From the IMG/VR virus record IMGVR_UViG_3300021956_000060, positions 1 to 29,011 of that record: a DNA stretch of 29,011 nt. One strand, given 5' to 3'. The stretch comes from a virus (lineage: Duplodnaviria; Caudoviricetes). How positions within the stretch are numbered: the stretch's first letter is position 1; every line of letters starts with the position of its first letter. The position numbers and the translations under genes were made by a program. Of the stretch, positions 25,189 to 29,011 are shown in pieces. The notes below the pieces were generated by a model. That model saw nothing but the letters and a program-made list of their open reading frames with translations, ran no database searches and was not told the DNA's origin.

Positions 25189-25234
25189 TTTACAACGCCG
25201 TTTACCATCTGATTTGGCTAAAAATAGGTGCAAA

Positions 25235-25612
25235 ATGGCCGAATCTGAACAGAAAAACGTCGCGTTGTTTGTGGCAACTTTGTTCCATAGCGCGACCGTT
25301 ACGCATTTTATGCACCTGTCCACGGACTCTTATGCGAAGCACAAGGCTTTGCAGAAATACTACGAGGACATCGTAGACCTCACCGACGCGGTAGCCGAGT
25401 CGTACATGGGCTACGAGGAAGTCAAACTGACGCAATGGCCGAAGGAATTTCACCTTGCCAGCGATCCGGTGACGTACCTTGAAAAACTGCGCGATTTTGT
25501 GGAAGAAATTCGCAAGGTCATTTGCCCGGAATACACCCCGATCCAGAACCAGATTGATGCCATCCAAGAACTGATGGACAGCACGATCTACAAATTGAAG
25601 TTTTTGGCGTAA
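25235..25612 (+). CDS. Ferritin/Dps-like four-helix protein (DUF5856-like)
   Basis: H..H....SYAKHKAL..YY....D..AE.YMG...QN.ID.I......YKLKFL. SD AGGTG. Confidence 0.8.
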   Translation: MAESEQKNVALFVATLFHSATVTHFMHLSTDSYAKHKALQKYYEDIVDLTDAVAESYMGYEEVKLTQWPKEFHLASDPVTYLEKLRDFVEEIRKVICPEYTPIQNQIDAIQELMDSTIYKLKFLA

Positions 25613-26592
25613 TGGCTGCTCCTGCCCGCACACCGGACACCATAGCCGACGCGCTGCGGTATTACGGCGAAAAAATGGGTTTGCGTAAACGGCTGGAAAG
25701 CGCCATGTCGTTAGACCAGCCGAAGGATCAAGACGTAGGCGACATTGCCGCAGACATTGCGCTTGGGTTTACCCCCTTGCAGTACCCGCAAGCCGCCCGT
25801 GACTTTGAACGCGCCCGCCGCGAGAACGACCCGCTTGGTATGGGATTGGCAAGTCTTGCCGCGATCCCTGTAATTGGTGGCGTATCCAAAGCGGCAGGCC
25901 GACTCCGCAAAATGGAGGATGTTGTAGCCGCCCGCAAAGCCGCGATGGAAGCCGCGCAATTAAACGCCGCCAAACCTATAGCGCAAGGTGGGCTTGGGCT
26001 TCCTGCAAGCAATACGGCGATGGATCGCGCCAAAGCAATGGGATTTGAGCCTGCGTACCATGGGACAAATAAAGAAATAGAACAAATTGATTTGTCAAAA
26101 GCGGGGGAAATGACAAAAAATCCTAATGCGCCGTTAGGGTTTTGGATGACCCCAAATACTCAAGAGGCATCCCGCTATGCCAATTTTTATGTGGATCGGC
26201 CAGAAGGCGCAAATGTAATGCCTTTAATGGTGCGAAAAGGGCAAAAATACCCAATTTCGTATACAGAATTAAATGATATTGCGATGAGCGTATTTAAAGG
26301 GCCGGGTAATACGCCAAAAGAACGATACGAATTAGGGCGAGAATCTGCAAAAAAGTTGCGTGAAAAATTACGCGGCGAAAATTATGAAACCGCAGTAATG
26401 GCGGAAGGCAAACCAACAGAAGAAATTATTGCGTTAGACCCTGCAACGGTACGCAGCCGGTTTGCGGCATTTGACCCTGCCAAACTGTCCTCGCCAGACT
26501 TGTTGGCTGGCATGGCAGGCCCAACCGTATTGGCCGCTGCATTAATGGAACAACAACGCCGAGAAAAGGAACGTAAGGAGGCTAAACTGTAA
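25612..26592 (+). CDS. ADP-ribosyltransferase-like protein (ART-PolyVal-like domain) with helical/hydrophobic N-terminus
   Basis: AYHGT, GFWMT...ASRYA, GANVMPLMVR, EEIIALDP..VRSRFAAFDP. Confidence 0.72.
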   Translation: MAAPARTPDTIADALRYYGEKMGLRKRLESAMSLDQPKDQDVGDIAADIALGFTPLQYPQAARDFERARRENDPLGMGLASLAAIPVIGGVSKAAGRLRKMEDVVAARKAAMEAAQLNAAKPIAQGGLGLPASNTAMDRAKAMGFEPAYHGTNKEIEQIDLSKAGEMTKNPNAPLGFWMTPNTQEASRYANFYVDRPEGANVMPLMVRKGQKYPISYTELNDIAMSVFKGPGNTPKERYELGRESAKKLREKLRGENYETAVMAEGKPTEEIIALDPATVRSRFAAFDPAKLSSPDLLAGMAGPTVLAAALMEQQRREKERKEAKL

Positions 26593-26765
26593 TGCCGAGT
26601 CATAGTGACAAACAGCGCCGCATGATGGCTGCCGCCGCCCACAACCCCGAATTCGCCAAGAAGGTTGGTGTCCCGGTTGCGGTAGCCAAGGAATTCAACC
26701 AAGCCGATAAAGGGAAAAAACTGGCCGAAGCCATGAAACGGATGCCCAAGCGCGACGACACCTAA
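26592..26765 (+). CDS. 57-aa basic phage protein (not in the ORF track)
   Basis: SD AAGGAGG. MPSHSDKQRRMMAAAAHNPEFAKKVGVPVAVAKEFNQADK... TAATG at both ends. Confidence 0.8.
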   Translation: MPSHSDKQRRMMAAAAHNPEFAKKVGVPVAVAKEFNQADKGKKLAEAMKRMPKRDDT

Positions 26766-27934
26766 TGATCCACGTGGAACATATCGGGATTGCCACCATA
26801 ATCCCGTTTGCGAAAAACAGCCGAACCCACGATGACGCGCAAGTAGCGCAGATTGCTGCCAGCATTCGGGAATTTGGTTTTACCAACCCGGTGTTAATTG
26901 ACGAGACCAACGGCATCATTGCCGGTCACGGGCGCGTAATGGCCGCCCGCAAATTAGGGCTGACCGAAGTTCCATGCATTCGGCTTGTCCACCTAACGGA
27001 CGCTCAAAAGCGGGCATACGTTATTGCCGACAACAAACTTGCCCTAAACGCAGGGTGGGACGATGCCATGCTCAAACTGGAGTTGGCAGACCTTAAAGCG
27101 TTGGATTTTGACCTAGACCTTACGGGCTTCAGCACGGACGAACTAAACGCCCTATTAGCCGATAAAGGCACGGAGGGGCTAACTGACCCCGATGCTACGC
27201 CAGAGCCGCCCGTGGAGCCGGTCACGCGGTTAGGCGACGTCTGGTTGTGCGGTCAGCACCGAGTAATGTGCGGAGATAGCGCGGATACGACCGCTATTGA
27301 TCGGCTAAATGCAGGAATCATTCCCGATTTAGTATTCACCGACCCGCCGTACAACATTGATTATCAAGGCGTTTCTGATAAAAGGAAAATTAAAAACGAC
27401 AAAATGAACGACGGTGCTTTTGTTGATTTTTTAACGTCTACGTTATGGTCGTGTTCCACGATGTACGTTTGTTGTTCGTGGCAGTACGCACACTTGTTTC
27501 GGGAGGCTTTAGAAAAAATTGGACGCAAACCGAAAGCAATGATTGTTTGGAATAAGGTCAATCCTGCGCAACACCTTGATAAATATTTTAAGCAGCACGA
27601 AATTATTTGGTATGTCGGTGATTTTGGTGGAGAAAAAACGATTAGAGGGGACATTTGGGAAGTAAAACGCCAGAAAAATACCGTTCACCCCACGATGAAA
27701 CCTGTGGAGTTAATTGAGTTGGCGTTAAAAGATCAGCCCGAAAAAAAAGTGGTAATAGACATTTTTGGAGGATCTGGGTCTACCCTTATTGCAGCCGAAA
27801 AGAACGGACGCATTGCTAGAATCATGGAGTTAGACCCGAAGTACGTGGACGTAATTGTTAAACGGTGGGAAGAATTTACGGGCAAAAAGGCCACGCTGGA
27901 ATCCACCGGGGAACCGTTTAAGGCTGCGGCATGA
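26765..27934 (+). CDS. ParB-N domain fused to N6/N4 DNA methyltransferase (class beta)
   Basis: NSRTH..QI..SI.EFGF.NP..IIAGHGR..ADNKL, then TDPPY, HPTMKP, DIFGGSGSTLIA. Confidence 0.93.
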   Translation: MIHVEHIGIATIIPFAKNSRTHDDAQVAQIAASIREFGFTNPVLIDETNGIIAGHGRVMAARKLGLTEVPCIRLVHLTDAQKRAYVIADNKLALNAGWDDAMLKLELADLKALDFDLDLTGFSTDELNALLADKGTEGLTDPDATPEPPVEPVTRLGDVWLCGQHRVMCGDSADTTAIDRLNAGIIPDLVFTDPPYNIDYQGVSDKRKIKNDKMNDGAFVDFLTSTLWSCSTMYVCCSWQYAHLFREALEKIGRKPKAMIVWNKVNPAQHLDKYFKQHEIIWYVGDFGGEKTIRGDIWEVKRQKNTVHPTMKPVELIELALKDQPEKKVVIDIFGGSGSTLIAAEKNGRIARIMELDPKYVDVIVKRWEEFTGKKATLESTGEPFKAAA

Positions 27935-28323
27935 GCAAGCGCAAGGAAACGCGCATTAGTGAGCGCACGGGTCTGCCCAAACAGGGGCAGCAAGGTGAGG
28001 GTGGCGGTCGCCCGCGCTTTGAAATTGATTACGACGCGGTAGAAAAACTGGCCAGCCTGCAATGTACACAGGCCGAAATTGCGTCTTACCTTGGTTGCTC
28101 GGTAGATACGCTACAAGCCGACGAGAAGTTTTCCGGCATTTATAAAGCAGCCATGGACAAAGGCCGTATGTCTCTGCGACGGCATCAATGGCGTGCGCTG
28201 GAAGAAGGCAACAGCACGATGCTGGTATGGCTCGGCAAACAGTACCTCGGGCAGCGCGACAAGAACGAACTGACCGGCGCTGACGGCAAGGATTTGGTCA
28301 TAACGTGGCTGCCGCCCCAATAG
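27931..28323 (+). CDS. terS: Terminase small subunit
   Basis: GRP then HTH CTQAEIASYLGCS, MLVWLGKQYLGQ, ELTGADG. Directly upstream of TerL. Confidence 0.8.
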   Translation: MSKRKETRISERTGLPKQGQQGEGGGRPRFEIDYDAVEKLASLQCTQAEIASYLGCSVDTLQADEKFSGIYKAAMDKGRMSLRRHQWRALEEGNSTMLVWLGKQYLGQRDKNELTGADGKDLVITWLPPQ

Positions 28324-29011
28324 TCCTGCCTTACGCCCCCCGCAAAGCGTTCATGCCGTTTCATGAGCGCAATAAGCGTTGGGCTTGCTTGGTTGCTCAC
28401 CGACGCGCTGGCAAGACCGTTGCTGCGGTCAACGACATTGTGCGGGCGGCCATGTTTTGCAAAGACCCCAACCCGTTGTTTGGCTACATCGCGCCATACC
28501 AAAACCAAGCCCGCCGTATTGCGTGGGACTATTTCAAGTATTACGCCGCCCCAGTTACCAAGGAAGCCAACGAAAGCCAGATGACGCTGACGCTGTTAAA
28601 CGGCGCAAAAATCAGCCTGTTTGGAGCCGACAACGCCGACGCCATGCGCGGCCTTGGCTTCTCGGGCGTATATATGGACGAGTACGGCGACTTTAAGCCG
28701 TCCGTGTTTGGCAACATCATTCGCCCCGCGCTATCCGATAAGCAGGGATGGGCGGTATTCGCAGGCACGCCCAAGGGCAAGAATCAGTTTTGGGAAGTGT
28801 TTGACCGTGCCTCTCGGACTCCTAGCGAGTGGTTCCTGCTGCGCTTAACCGCTTCAGAAAGCGGGCTTCTCCCAACCGGCGAACTAGCCGCCGCTAAAGC
28901 GCAACTCTCCGAGGATCAGTACTTGCAGGAGTACGAGTGCAGTTTCGAGGCTGCAATCCTCGGGGCTTTTTATGGCCGGGAAATGAGAGAAGCCCAAGAC
29001 CAAGGGCGAAT
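28305..29011 (+). CDS. terL: Terminase large subunit (partial, runs off the window; not in the ORF track)
   Basis: GTG 28305. Walker A HRRAGKT, GADNADAMRG, Walker B GVYMDE, motif C GTPKG, QEYECSF. Confidence 0.95.
   Translation, partial: MAAAPIVLPYAPRKAFMPFHERNKRWACLVAHRRAGKTVAAVNDIVRAAMFCKDPNPLFGYIAPYQNQARRIAWDYFKYYAAPVTKEANESQMTLTLLNGAKISLFGADNADAMRGLGFSGVYMDEYGDFKPSVFGNIIRPALSDKQGWAVFAGTPKGKNQFWEVFDRASRTPSEWFLLRLTASESGLLPTGELAAAKAQLSEDQYLQEYECSFEAAILGAFYGREMREAQDQGR

Larger units (their letters stand above)
1..29011. mobile_element. Tailed dsDNA phage genome fragment, podovirus-type virion module with lambdoid-like early region
   Basis: Terminase, scaffold, MCP, adaptor, nozzle, ejection proteins, holin/endolysin, ERF, NinB and Cro are present. 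No tape measure, sheath or host housekeeping genes. Confidence 0.97.

Noticed and set aside
25189-25234. Late promoter upstream of the ferritin-like gene
   Set aside because: AT-rich gap with TTTACA/TTTACC and TAAAAA, but the spacing does not fit sigma70, so it cannot be supported.
1-29011. Stop-codon recoding, tRNAs, introns/inteins, CRISPR mini-array
   Set aside because: Genes are intact in the standard code and TAA, TGA and TAG all terminate genes. No cloverleaf, splice motifs or repeat-spacer pattern seen by eye.

Overview
The whole window is a densely packed fragment of a tailed dsDNA bacteriophage with podovirus-type (P22/T7-like virion) organisation, probably most of a small genome. 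No host genes, tRNA, rRNA, CRISPR array, integrase, CI-type repressor, DNA polymerase or helicase are recognisable. The + strand from 1 to 19992 carries a Gly-rich fibre / XkdW-like / 2OG-Fe(II) oxygenase cassette, scaffold, major capsid protein, putative decoration proteins, adaptor, nozzle, GNAT, ejection proteins, tail fibre, lysis cassette, a metallophosphoesterase and a BPL_N/GATase-like enzyme. The - strand from 19972 to 23283 is an early operon (ERF, SSB-like, NinB, DUF1364, wHTH, small ORFs). A divergent promoter/operator region lies at 23284-23391. The + strand from 23392 to the end carries Cro, a highly structured ~390-nt segment, a truncated replication-initiator-like gene, small Zn-finger and nuclease genes, a ferritin-like protein, an ADP-ribosyltransferase-like protein, ParB-methyltransferase, TerS and partial TerL. 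The most interesting items are the toxin-like ART protein that shares a short motif with the ejection proteins, the structured cro-rep intergenic element, and the fibre/oxygenase cassette upstream of the head genes. All family calls come from motif recognition by eye, with no database search.
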